Positions 1 through 9,368 of a DNA stretch of 64,000 bases are shown piece by piece. The DNA comes from a virus. The stretch is taken from positions 1 to 64,000 of the IMG/VR virus record IMGVR_UViG_3300033568_000010; one strand, written 5' to 3'. The notes beneath the pieces were generated by a model. That model saw only the letters and a program-made list of their open reading frames with translations, searched no databases and was not told the origin of the DNA. The stretch's first letter is position 1. Every line of letters begins with the position of its first letter. The translations under genes were made by a program, and so were the position numbers.

Positions 1-42
1 CCTATTGCGTATGATAAAGGTAAAGCTTGGTCAGTAAACGCT

Positions 43-2055
43 GTGGGAAATAAAATCATGGATTGGAGATACCCTCTACAGAGCAAAGGATGCCCTGAGT
101 GTGAAGGGCATATTAATGCAGCAAAGGTACACGCAGAAGGGGCGGTCAGTGAAGACGCACATTACTTAGATGGTGATCCTAATCAAGTATCCAGAGGGGA
201 AGCTGAGCGCACAGGGCTAGGTAGGCTTGCTATTGCAATGCAGCCCTCCATGGAAGATGGAACAGGTGGTGGAAGTATTGATCATCACGAGCCTAATGAT
301 AATGTAGGTGACCTACGTGGAAAGATGGGCAGCTTTAAAGATCTAAAGGCTGGTAAGATTCAGGAGTGGCATCACTCTGAGGTTATTGGGTATCACCATG
401 AAGGTGCTGCTGTTTGTACAGACTGCGCTATCAAAGCAAAAGACATGCTTAATTCTAAGTGCAAGTGCAACCCTTCTGAGCACGATGCGAATGGGCTATG
501 CCAAAATAACTGTAACGGGTATGGACCAAACCCTGTGTTCTCTACAGACTCCGAAAGTCACGGGGATGTATGTGACCATTGCTCCAACACGCTACTGCCA
601 GAGGGAGTAGTAGAGGCAGGGATGGACAAGCATAAGAACCTACTAGGTAAAATAGTTGCTAAGCAGTCTGCAAGAAGCCACTGTAAGTCCTGTGGAGTTA
701 AGCACGAATGGGATGACCGTGGATTTGATAGTGAAAACAAAGTTAAAAAGTGCTGCGGAACGCACATACAGTTCTACGGTGGAAACGATGGAGACTGTGA
801 AAAATGTGGGCAGGAGTATAATTCCTCAGGACAGGCCTTACGCAGAGGCTGGCAGTATGACCACGATGAACCTTGGGATGAGAGTGTGCAGGAAGCATCT
901 GCACTATTAGGTAATCATCCCACTTCCAGTGGGAACCCGCAGAAGACCGCTGCAGAGCGGTCAGAGAAGTCACTCAAGCGTATGTATGACACTACACACC
1001 ATCGGGGTACTAAACTCCAAACTGGAGTTCCTTTAAAGGCAGCAGAGTCAACCCCTGAATCACTAGCTAAGATGAAAGCTGACTGGGATTCTGAGTCTTC
1101 AGTCTGGAAGAGAGAGCAGAGAAAGATCAGTAAGGGTAAGCTTGGAGAGGGTGTAGATGAGTCAAAAACATTAAAGCAAATAGGCAATGGTCCCCACATG
1201 ACTACCAAACACTCCTCTAGTCTAAGTAAGACTAAGTATGTCTCTTCTATTCATAAAAAAAGTGAGAATAAAGCAGCAAAGTATCTAGATAAGGCTAAAG
1301 TAAAACTACCAGAAGCCGCAGGTGAGCCTTCACAGAACAACCCAGCATACATGGGCAATCCATCTCTGATGGATATTGCTAAGAACCAGCCGGGAAGTCC
1401 TTTCTACCAGAATGCAATGGTAACACCACAGGACCGTAAAGGTTCCTATGCTAAGCCTAATAACCAGCACGGTGGAGTTGCGCCAGACACTACGGACATT
1501 CATTCAATCGATGACCCAAACATCTGGGCAGTATTCAAGGAGAATTTTACTGCAGCAGACCTCGTCTCTGACGAGATGTCTGAGGCAGAAGCTGGTCTTC
1601 TATATTCAGTACCTCAGTTTGAGTCACTGTCTCCTGAGTTCAGAGAGAAGCTTATCAAGCTGATTCAGTCTAAGATGCAGCCTGTGCAGGAAGCGCGGAC
1701 AGGTCTGCAGGACATTAAAGATAAGGCTGCAGCCCAGAACGGTGCCATGGCAGCACACACTGCCTTTAAGGGGAAGATTAGTGCTGCTAAAAATGGGCCT
1801 TTAAAGAGAAACATACAGGCCTATCTCATCAAAGGTAAAAGAGCGGATTTTGCCCACAAAATGGGCCAACCGTCTATTGCAAGCCGACTTCCAGAAGAAG
1901 TAGATTCTAAAAAAAAAATTGAACACATAGCAGAGGGACTTAGGAAGCGTGGACGCAAGAAGGGGTTCAGAGGCAAAGCAAGACGCCTTCGCCCAAAGAT
2001 TGGTAAGCTCAAGGGCATGGGTCGCTTTATGCGTGTACCTCTAAGCCTTAGGTAA
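43..2055 (+). CDS. Hypothetical Cys-rich (several CxxC zinc-ribbon-like pairs) protein with a polybasic C-terminal tail; 5' end uncertain
   Basis: 670-aa ORF starting at GTG 43. The same frame stays open back to nt 1, and there is an in-frame ATG at 58. CxxC pairs present: CPEC, CTDC, CDHC, CKSC, CEKC. 17 of the last 37 residues are K/R (RKRGRKKGFRGKARRLRPKIGKLKG...). No family recognised. Confidence 0.55.
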   Translation: MGNKIMDWRYPLQSKGCPECEGHINAAKVHAEGAVSEDAHYLDGDPNQVSRGEAERTGLGRLAIAMQPSMEDGTGGGSIDHHEPNDNVGDLRGKMGSFKDLKAGKIQEWHHSEVIGYHHEGAAVCTDCAIKAKDMLNSKCKCNPSEHDANGLCQNNCNGYGPNPVFSTDSESHGDVCDHCSNTLLPEGVVEAGMDKHKNLLGKIVAKQSARSHCKSCGVKHEWDDRGFDSENKVKKCCGTHIQFYGGNDGDCEKCGQEYNSSGQALRRGWQYDHDEPWDESVQEASALLGNHPTSSGNPQKTAAERSEKSLKRMYDTTHHRGTKLQTGVPLKAAESTPESLAKMKADWDSESSVWKREQRKISKGKLGEGVDESKTLKQIGNGPHMTTKHSSSLSKTKYVSSIHKKSENKAAKYLDKAKVKLPEAAGEPSQNNPAYMGNPSLMDIAKNQPGSPFYQNAMVTPQDRKGSYAKPNNQHGGVAPDTTDIHSIDDPNIWAVFKENFTAADLVSDEMSEAEAGLLYSVPQFESLSPEFREKLIKLIQSKMQPVQEARTGLQDIKDKAAAQNGAMAAHTAFKGKISAAKNGPLKRNIQAYLIKGKRADFAHKMGQPSIASRLPEEVDSKKKIEHIAEGLRKRGRKKGFRGKARRLRPKIGKLKGMGRFMRVPLSLR

Positions 2056-2060
2056 ATATA

Positions 2061-3746
2061 ATGTCTAATTTTAAAGAAGAGTTAGGTTATCCAATGCGTA
2101 GTTCTGGAGAAGTGGTCAAGATGAGAACTAATAAAAAAGTTAAACAGTACAGAGCGATTAGAGAAGAAAAGGAAACTAAAGCCTTGATTGCTGATAGGCT
2201 TAAGAAAGTAGGATCACACTATTTTTCTTCTGCACGACACGTAGGGCTAGCTAAAATAAAGGGAGCAAAGCCAGAAGACCTGCACGACAGGTTACGCGCT
2301 GCAGCTACAGAGTATTACTCTTTACCTGAACATGAACAGCATAGACTTCACCAAGAAAGTATGGTTCTTAGAAATAACAAACCTATGATTACTCCCTTTG
2401 GTGGAAACCCTAAGACTTCAAAAGAAACCCCCGGCATGGTAACCACGTTACTACACCTTCCTTCTCACAAGGCAAGTGGTATCAATACATGTGAATATGA
2501 ACAGGGGTGTGCCGGTGGATGTATAGACAAAACAGGAAACCCCGGTAGTGCATCAGCTAAAACACACGGTAGGTTAGATAGACTACATCACATGTACCAT
2601 AACCCACTGCATGCTATAGCACATATCGACCATGAAGTAACCAAGATGAAGAAGGTAGCTGCTAAGTCTGGTAAAAAGTTAGGCATTAGACTTAATGGAA
2701 CATCAGACCTTCCTTGGCATAAAATTGCCCCTCAAATGTTTGATAAACATAAAGATGTGCAATTCTATGACTATACCAAAAACTACGACACAATTAAAGA
2801 TACATCTTCCATTCCTAAAAACTATGACATCACGTTTAGTTCTACTGGGTTGAACCATCCCGGTAGTAACTGGCATCACGCCAAAGAGTATTTAGACAAG
2901 GGTGGAAAAGTAGCAATGACTTTTGCTCGTATGCCAAAAATTACACGTAAAGGTGTTGTTGTTGGTGGGCATCACCTGCCAACACATGTACACGATGAAG
3001 CAACTGGGAAGAAGTACAAAGTGCATAATGGAGATATGTATGACGCAAGGTCAGAGGATCATGCGGTAAGCGGAACTCCTAAAGGTGAAGGGCTTATTGT
3101 AGGCCTTTCATATAAGAGATCAAAGAAATACTCGTGGAAAAATGCCCCAAACTTTGCTGTAAAGGGTGGAAAGCCTAGAAATATAATTAACAAGTTAATC
3201 AACCACGGTAAAAATAAACAAGAAATAGTTAATTCTGAAGACGACATAGTAACTGCACATAAGGGCCTTAACCCAGAGCACTACGTTGCCAGAGATGCAC
3301 CCGCTACCCATCTCAAAGAAGCACATACCACGGCAGCAGATGTCAACAAGGATAGGTTTGGACATGTAGCTTCGTCACCTGTAAAAAGAACACATCTTCA
3401 CGGATTCTGCTTAGCTCAAACAGATTATGCCCCACACGGTGGCACTATCTGTGGAAAGGTAGCTCCTTACCTTGCTGACCATCCTTCGGAGGGTGTTATA
3501 GGTAATATGTGCAAAGCTCACGCACTTGAGTTTGGTGCTAAAATAAATGAGGCTTCAAAAGTTACATATGATAAGTCTTGCCCAAAGTGTGGGCATGCTA
3601 CTTCAAAAATGACAGCGGGTACTGAGCCTATTAAGTGGGGGTGTGCAAACCCCGACTGTGGCAAATCATGGAGTTCAGATGATGAGCCAGTGTTACGCAA
3701 AAAAGCAGCGGCGAAGAAGAAAATATTTGGTTCAATGAGTACGTAG
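2061..3746 (+). CDS. Hypothetical protein with a Cys cluster and a possible phage GP88-like core, plus C-terminal zinc ribbons
   Basis: 561-aa ORF. Motifs: TCEYEQGCAGGCIDKTGN, then IRLNGTSDLPWH and FYDYTKNYD, which recall the GP88 family from memory only. C-terminus has CPKCGH...CANPDCGKSW. The start is 5 nt after the previous stop. Confidence 0.35.
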   Translation: MSNFKEELGYPMRSSGEVVKMRTNKKVKQYRAIREEKETKALIADRLKKVGSHYFSSARHVGLAKIKGAKPEDLHDRLRAAATEYYSLPEHEQHRLHQESMVLRNNKPMITPFGGNPKTSKETPGMVTTLLHLPSHKASGINTCEYEQGCAGGCIDKTGNPGSASAKTHGRLDRLHHMYHNPLHAIAHIDHEVTKMKKVAAKSGKKLGIRLNGTSDLPWHKIAPQMFDKHKDVQFYDYTKNYDTIKDTSSIPKNYDITFSSTGLNHPGSNWHHAKEYLDKGGKVAMTFARMPKITRKGVVVGGHHLPTHVHDEATGKKYKVHNGDMYDARSEDHAVSGTPKGEGLIVGLSYKRSKKYSWKNAPNFAVKGGKPRNIINKLINHGKNKQEIVNSEDDIVTAHKGLNPEHYVARDAPATHLKEAHTTAADVNKDRFGHVASSPVKRTHLHGFCLAQTDYAPHGGTICGKVAPYLADHPSEGVIGNMCKAHALEFGAKINEASKVTYDKSCPKCGHATSKMTAGTEPIKWGCANPDCGKSWSSDDEPVLRKKAAAKKKIFGSMST

Positions 3747-3858
3747 ACATTTAACTAAACAACATACCGGATAAATCACGGAAAAACCAGTAATCAAAGA
3801 CTGAATTACCTCATATTAGAGAGGATAAGTCTTTAAAGGAAATTAAGGAGTCTTACAA

Positions 3859-4641
3859 ATGAGAGCAGAACTTACCAGAACAAATGCCGCGCTAGCCTCA
3901 CGTTTACTCAAGCTAAACGGTGCTACCGGAACAAACAAGGCGACAGCTATTACTGAGGGTACACCCACAGAGGTACTTGCTCCTGAGTCAGACGCTACCC
4001 GCCAGAAAGACATGGATATCCAGCTTGCAATGAATAAGTTTGGAATTCCAGCCCCAGTAGGAGCAGAGCCAGCCGGTAACAATGGAGAGTTCTCCATGGG
4101 TACACAGGACCCAATGGGACAGGACGAGCCTGCCCATAACCAGCCGGGACAGCCTGACCAGCAATTTGGTATGACTCGTCCAGAGGACAGAAAGGGCGAT
4201 AATTACAATGCCGGTCCCGGCTCACAGACTTCGTCTGAACAGGGTGGACTTAGCGACGGAAATAAGCCCCGCTTTGAGGGTACAGTCATTGAGGGCTTCT
4301 CTGATGAAGACCTTATTGAGATGTATATCGAAGTCTGTGGTTCTATTGACGAAGCGCTTTGGAGCCTATGCATCACAGGTATCCCTCTACGGGAAGCTGA
4401 AGCAGTTCTTCTTGGTGGAGATCCCATCACAGAAGGTGTCATGGGTAAGCTTGCAGGAAAGATTCAGCAAGTAAGTGCTAAGCTTGGTATCAGTAAACCA
4501 GCAGTAGATAAGGTTGCGCTAAAGAAGAAGCTTCATGCCTTCCATGCCGCATCCAGCCCAACGACTAAGCCTAAGTTTATGAAGAAGGATACAGACAAGC
4601 CTTTCTCAGCGTTTGAGAAGAAGCCACATAAGATCAAGTAA
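3859..4641 (+). CDS. Hypothetical protein (Q/P/G-rich middle, K-rich C-terminus)
   Basis: 260-aa ORF preceded by a strong SD (TAAGGAG at 3843-3849). No recognisable motif. Confidence 0.6.
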   Translation: MRAELTRTNAALASRLLKLNGATGTNKATAITEGTPTEVLAPESDATRQKDMDIQLAMNKFGIPAPVGAEPAGNNGEFSMGTQDPMGQDEPAHNQPGQPDQQFGMTRPEDRKGDNYNAGPGSQTSSEQGGLSDGNKPRFEGTVIEGFSDEDLIEMYIEVCGSIDEALWSLCITGIPLREAEAVLLGGDPITEGVMGKLAGKIQQVSAKLGISKPAVDKVALKKKLHAFHAASSPTTKPKFMKKDTDKPFSAFEKKPHKIK

Positions 4642-4646
4642 ACATT

Positions 4647-5318
4647 ATGTTACCTGCATACGATAAGGCAATGACAGAATTCTTTCAGCTAAAGCTGAAT
4701 GGAGATTTTGTCCCACTCATTGGGCCAGTTAACCCACAGAGAGCCTTTGCTAAGATGCAGGATGTATTAAAGAAAAGTGGGCAGGTAATTACAAGCGCAG
4801 GTATAGACGATAGAAACATCCCACTACCATTCATGAGTTTTTATAGAATGGCTCCTGTGCAGAACCAAAGTAGATTTCGTAGAGCAGATTTAAGGTACTT
4901 AGACTATACACCAGACGGAAATAACATCTTACAGTCAAGGATGCCACACCCCTATGACATCTTATACCAAATAGACATTTGGTGTGAGTTCCAAGATGAC
5001 ATGAACGTCCTCATAGAGTCTATACTACGTAAGTGGAAAGACCCACTAGTACACATTAACGTAGACCACGGTCAGCCTTTTGGTGATTATAAGATTGCGG
5101 TGTTCTACGAGGGTGGGCAGGATAATTCAGTAGTAGAGTCAATGGACGCAGAAAGAATTCTAAGGTACACATTAACTGTTAAAGTAGAAGGGTTCTTAAG
5201 CTTCCCTGCACGTAAGGTTAAGACAGTACGGAAAGAGCAAATATACGCTACCGTAGCTGATAGTTATGAAGAAACTACAATTGCAGATGAGACTCTGCTA
5301 AACGAATACAGTGAATAA
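4647..5318 (+). CDS. Putative tail terminator / sheath-completion protein
   Basis: 223-aa ORF lying shortly upstream of the sheath gene. The call rests on position and size only. Confidence 0.35.
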   Translation: MLPAYDKAMTEFFQLKLNGDFVPLIGPVNPQRAFAKMQDVLKKSGQVITSAGIDDRNIPLPFMSFYRMAPVQNQSRFRRADLRYLDYTPDGNNILQSRMPHPYDILYQIDIWCEFQDDMNVLIESILRKWKDPLVHINVDHGQPFGDYKIAVFYEGGQDNSVVESMDAERILRYTLTVKVEGFLSFPARKVKTVRKEQIYATVADSYEETTIADETLLNEYSE

Positions 5319-5330
5319 AGTGAGGCAACA

Positions 5331-5507
5331 ATGCTAAAAATCAGAAATTTACGCCGCCAAATCATTATCCTTGAGAAGCTTGTTGATGGTAAGCAAGAGT
5401 CATTCAGAATCCCTTCCCGTGGAGAGGTTACCATTTCGGAAGAGCAGCTTACCCAAGACATCGTAATCAAGAATGAGCGCGGCGACGTTAAACTTACCAA
5501 AATATAA
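5331..5507 (+). CDS. Small hypothetical protein (58 aa), not in the supplied ORF track
   Basis: ATG at 5331 with GAGG 5 nt upstream. Translates to MLKIRNLRRQIIILEKLVDGKQESFRIPSRGEVTISEEQLTQDIVIKNERGDVKLTKI, ending at TAA 5505-5507. It fills the gap before the sheath gene. Confidence 0.45.
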   Translation: MLKIRNLRRQIIILEKLVDGKQESFRIPSRGEVTISEEQLTQDIVIKNERGDVKLTKI

Positions 5508-5538
5508 CGAAAGACAATAAGGCTTTCAGGAGGAAACC

Positions 5539-7890
5539 ATGAAATTTGTATCTCCCGGCGTATATGTACGGGAAATTGACCTAAGCTTGTATATCCCTAC
5601 ACTCTCAACTACGGTTGCGGGGATGGTAGGTACAGCAACAAAAGGCCCAATCAATGAGCTTACATTTGTTTCAAGTGTAAACCAGTTCATTAAGGTCTTT
5701 GGTAACCCAAACCCAGACCACCTGATGCCTTATGCGGCTCTTCAGTTTCTCCGCAGAGGTAACCAGCTTTGGGTTGTTCGCGTAGCTGGATCGGATGCCG
5801 CTTCTGCTACTAATGAATTTGATGCAGTTCTTCTTGGTTATGTTCGCTCAAAGGCAACAGTCACAAGCGGAGTGCAGTCATTCACAATCACAAGCACTGC
5901 CTTCAAACTTAAGATTGAGGTTACAGACGCTCGTCAGGTAACTCCAGTAGTTTCTACTGATGAGATCTCACTTGATTATGGCACTGTCAGCAAAACCTAC
6001 CCCAATGCAGAGGCAATGGCTACAGAGATCACTAATAAGCTGAAGAGAAGCGTAGCGCTTCATTCTTACGTTTCAGCCACAGCTATTAATTCAACCGTAG
6101 CTTCGGTTACTGGATCTCGTCTACATCTAGTAGGTCTTATCCCTGACCCGCTAGTTACGTTCAAGGTACTACCCACTGCAGCACCTGCAGAGGAAGCGGC
6201 TCTTGGGCTTGGCGACCTTACGATGGGCGCTGTAACTGCCGTTGAAGGTGGAGTAGGTACCGTATCAGTAGCAACCCACGGGTATAAGGTATCAGCAATC
6301 AATGGTCGCGGAGAAAGTATCGCATCTGCAGAAGCAACAGTAGCAGTAACTGGTGCTCCAAAAGCAGTCGATCTTAGCTGGGCTGCTGTTGCTGGAGCAG
6401 AAAGCTACAAGGTGTATGGCAGAACTAGCACTGGTCCTTGGGGCTTCATTGCTTCAACTACTACTGCAACCTACACTGACGCTGGCAGCATCGTTCCTTC
6501 TGCAACTGTACTCGCTCCTGTAGCAAGTACTATCAGAAAGGGAACACCTATTGCTCTAACCAATAAGTTTGATATTGTAGCGAATAGCACTGGTATCTGG
6601 GGTAATAACCTTACCATCCAGTTTACACTTAATGAGAAGCAGCCATTCCGCTTCGACATCGGTGTATACGAGTCTAGTCCTTCATACACTGCCTCTATTA
6701 CTTCTACAGAAGCCTTTAAGGGTCTTCGTATCGAGTATCAGGCTGCTTCAAGCTTTGACAGCACACTTACCGATTCTTGGATTGGTAAGTCACTAGGTAC
6801 CTACAACGGTGTACCTGCTATTCCAGAAATCACCACTGGCGGATCAGACAGCGTTTCATACCGTATTGATACGGACGATGCGATGCTTGCTGAAATCACG
6901 GAAGGCACTTCCTATCAGAAGATCCTTATGCCAAAGATGCAGTATCTAACACTAGCCGGTGGAGACGATGGTACTTCAAGCCTAGTGGACGGAGACATCA
7001 TCGGAACCGTTCAGGGAACTACTCAGACAGGTCTACAACTTCTTCGTAACCCTGAGTTTGTAGACATCAACCTTCTAATGGCACCGGGAGAGAGTTCAGC
7101 TGCCATCCTTAATGAGCTTATCGCTATCTGCGAAGAGCGTGGGGACTGTATGGCTATCCTTGATCCACCGGATAACTACTCAATTCAGCAAGTTGTAGAT
7201 TGGCACAATGGAACAGGAGCGTTCTCTGATCATCAGTCATTCTCCTCAAGCTACGCTGCTCTATACTACCCTTGGATTGAGGTCTATGACGCATATAACG
7301 CTGTAAATGTATGGACTCCTCCTTCAGGCCATGTATCTGCGGTCTATGCCTACACTGATTTCATCAGTGAGACATGGTTTGCACCTGCTGGCTTTAACCG
7401 CGCTCACATCACTGCTGGACTCCGTGTCCGTTACAGTGCTGATCAGGGAGAGCGTGATCTTCTTTATGGTAATGGTAACGCAGTCAATCCTATCGTACAG
7501 TTCCCTCAGGATGGTATCACTATCTGGGGACAGCGCACTCTTCAACGGGCACCAACTGCTCTTGATCGAGTCAATGTACGCAGACTCCTGCTTTACATGC
7601 GTAAGGTTGTAGCCCGTGCAGTCAAGTATCTCGTATTTGAGCCAAATGACCCAGCTACATGGCGTCAGTTTGTTAACCTTATTGAGCCTTGGTGCCAGAC
7701 TGTACAGTCACGCAGAGGCATCTATGAGTTCTTGGTTATCTGCGACGAGACTACAAACACCCCAGATGTTATCGACCAGAACACTATGGTTGGTCGCATC
7801 TACCTCAAGCCTACGAAGGCAGCTGAAATGATCAGTGTTGACTTCGTTGTCACAAACACGGGCGCTTCATTTGAAGAGAGCCTGTACTAA
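5539..7890 (+). CDS. Contractile tail sheath protein with an internal Fn3-like insertion
   Basis: N-terminus MKFVSPGVYVREIDLS and C-terminal GNAVNPIVQFPQDGITIWGQRTL are classic sheath motifs. AGGAGG SD upstream. Followed by the tube gene. Confidence 0.9.
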   Translation: MKFVSPGVYVREIDLSLYIPTLSTTVAGMVGTATKGPINELTFVSSVNQFIKVFGNPNPDHLMPYAALQFLRRGNQLWVVRVAGSDAASATNEFDAVLLGYVRSKATVTSGVQSFTITSTAFKLKIEVTDARQVTPVVSTDEISLDYGTVSKTYPNAEAMATEITNKLKRSVALHSYVSATAINSTVASVTGSRLHLVGLIPDPLVTFKVLPTAAPAEEAALGLGDLTMGAVTAVEGGVGTVSVATHGYKVSAINGRGESIASAEATVAVTGAPKAVDLSWAAVAGAESYKVYGRTSTGPWGFIASTTTATYTDAGSIVPSATVLAPVASTIRKGTPIALTNKFDIVANSTGIWGNNLTIQFTLNEKQPFRFDIGVYESSPSYTASITSTEAFKGLRIEYQAASSFDSTLTDSWIGKSLGTYNGVPAIPEITTGGSDSVSYRIDTDDAMLAEITEGTSYQKILMPKMQYLTLAGGDDGTSSLVDGDIIGTVQGTTQTGLQLLRNPEFVDINLLMAPGESSAAILNELIAICEERGDCMAILDPPDNYSIQQVVDWHNGTGAFSDHQSFSSSYAALYYPWIEVYDAYNAVNVWTPPSGHVSAVYAYTDFISETWFAPAGFNRAHITAGLRVRYSADQGERDLLYGNGNAVNPIVQFPQDGITIWGQRTLQRAPTALDRVNVRRLLLYMRKVVARAVKYLVFEPNDPATWRQFVNLIEPWCQTVQSRRGIYEFLVICDETTNTPDVIDQNTMVGRIYLKPTKAAEMISVDFVVTNTGASFEESLY

Positions 7891-7901
7891 TCGTCTAATA
7901 A

Positions 7902-7927
7902 GGTAGGGGGCTGAACAAGCCCCCACC
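7902..7927 (+). terminator. GC-rich hairpin between sheath and tube genes, with no U-tract (attenuator or mRNA stabiliser?)
   Basis: GGT-A-GGGGGC / tgaacaa / GCCCCC-ACC. The following sequence tatctacaaaa lacks a T-run. Confidence 0.35.
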
Positions 7928-7955
7928 TATCTACAAAAATTCAGGAGGTAGTACA

Positions 7956-8459
7956 ATGCCTTTACTTACAGCAAGACACCTAGCAGAAATGCGGGGTCGA
8001 TACGAACCACAGCGGTCTTTCGACTGGCTGATTGAGTTTGAAATTGGAAGTGCAAGAGAAATTATTAAACTAGCAGTTGATCAGGCTTTCATGCCTACGG
8101 AATCAAACGAACCAATCGAACTTCACTATGGTAACGAAGTTCAGTACGCAGCCGGTAAGGCTCGTTGGGAGTTTGGCCAGCTTTCTATCCGTGACATGGT
8201 TGACCTTGACATTGCTAGGCAGATTTCAGAATGGCGTAAGACAGTATATAACCCAATCACTGGTGATATTTTCTTCGCTAAAGACTACAAGAAACAGGGT
8301 ACGATTATTCTTCTTTCGCCTGAGGGTTCAATTCAGCGCAAATGGAAAGTAGAAGGACTCTGGCCTACTGCAGTCTCTTACGGTCAGCTTGACTACGCTG
8401 CTAACGATATTGTTAGAATTCAGTGTACAATTGCATTTGACCGTGCATACCGCATCTGA
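7956..8459 (+). CDS. Tail tube protein
   Basis: 167-aa ORF directly after the sheath gene with an AGGAGG SD. Size and position are typical of contractile-tail tube proteins. Confidence 0.7.
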   Translation: MPLLTARHLAEMRGRYEPQRSFDWLIEFEIGSAREIIKLAVDQAFMPTESNEPIELHYGNEVQYAAGKARWEFGQLSIRDMVDLDIARQISEWRKTVYNPITGDIFFAKDYKKQGTIILLSPEGSIQRKWKVEGLWPTAVSYGQLDYAANDIVRIQCTIAFDRAYRI

Positions 8460-8488
8460 TCCGCATCAATAATAGTACCTTCCTTTTT

Positions 8489-8526
8489 AGCTGGCTTCCC
8501 TTTTTATTAGGGGAAGCCAGCTTTTC
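8489..8526 (+). terminator. Rho-independent terminator after the tube gene
   Basis: AGCTGGCTTCCC / tttttatta / GGGAAGCCAGCT (12-bp stem) followed by TTTT. Confidence 0.65.
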
Positions 8527-8582
8527 CCCTCCTCTCCCCCGCATAGTAATCCTGAAGTACCACACAAAACAAGGAGTGTTTA

Positions 8583-9368
8583 ATGTCAAAAGTAGCAGAG
8601 TATATGACTCTTCCATCTATGGGACTTTTTTATGGTGGCGCAATTCCAGAGGGTAAGGTTGAATACTTCCCAATGACGGCCAGAGAAGAAAAGATCTTAG
8701 CAGGCGGGTTTAAAGATGGTAACCAATTGATCGATACGATCATTAAAGCCTGTGTCCCAACCCTCACTATCCCTGTAGAAGACCTTCTAATTGGGGATAA
8801 GTTCTTTATGATGTTGGTTATTCGTGCAGCTTCCTACGGAAGCAAATACGGCATGATGATCACTTGCGACTGCGGACAGCAGTTCCGTCACGAAGTAGAC
8901 CTAGGGTTTACTGGGGAAGACGCAGAAGAGGGGTTTGACGAGGAATTCAGCAACGTGTTTAAGATTAAGGTACCAGAGGAAGGGGCTAAAGAGCCGTTCC
9001 TAGTACAGTTACCAAAGTCCAAGGATATGGTCGAATTTCGCCTTCTAAGGGGCAAAGACGAAAAAGCCATTGCGAAGTACGCAGAACAGAATATGTCGAA
9101 GCGTAAGTCAAAAGAAGACGGAAATCCAGCCTATATCTACCGTATTGCCAGACACATTGTGTCAGTTAACGGGGACGAGCTTTCAACGATGGACACTATG
9201 GCCTTCGTAGAAGACCTTATCGGCTATGATTCTGCGGCTCTACGCAATGCAATTGATGCGGTTGATGTGGGCATTGATACCCAATTTACTACGGAGTGTC
9301 CGAAGTGCGACAGCGTGATTGAATCATCGCTCGCATTAGGGCCTGAGTTTTTTCGCCCTAAGTCCTGA
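8583..9368 (+). CDS. T4 gp26-like hub/tail assembly chaperone (zero-frame product)
   Basis: N-terminus TLPSMGLFYGG...VEYFPMTAREEKIL resembles gp26-type baseplate hub proteins. Zn ribbon CDCG...CPKCDS. Located between the tube and tape measure genes. Confidence 0.55.
   Translation: MSKVAEYMTLPSMGLFYGGAIPEGKVEYFPMTAREEKILAGGFKDGNQLIDTIIKACVPTLTIPVEDLLIGDKFFMMLVIRAASYGSKYGMMITCDCGQQFRHEVDLGFTGEDAEEGFDEEFSNVFKIKVPEEGAKEPFLVQLPKSKDMVEFRLLRGKDEKAIAKYAEQNMSKRKSKEDGNPAYIYRIARHIVSVNGDELSTMDTMAFVEDLIGYDSAALRNAIDAVDVGIDTQFTTECPKCDSVIESSLALGPEFFRPKS

Noticed and set aside
5264-5500. 78-aa minus-strand ORF between the terminator-like protein gene and the sheath gene
   Set aside because: A + strand 58-aa ORF (5331-5507) with a proper SD occupies the same space and fits the uniform strand orientation.
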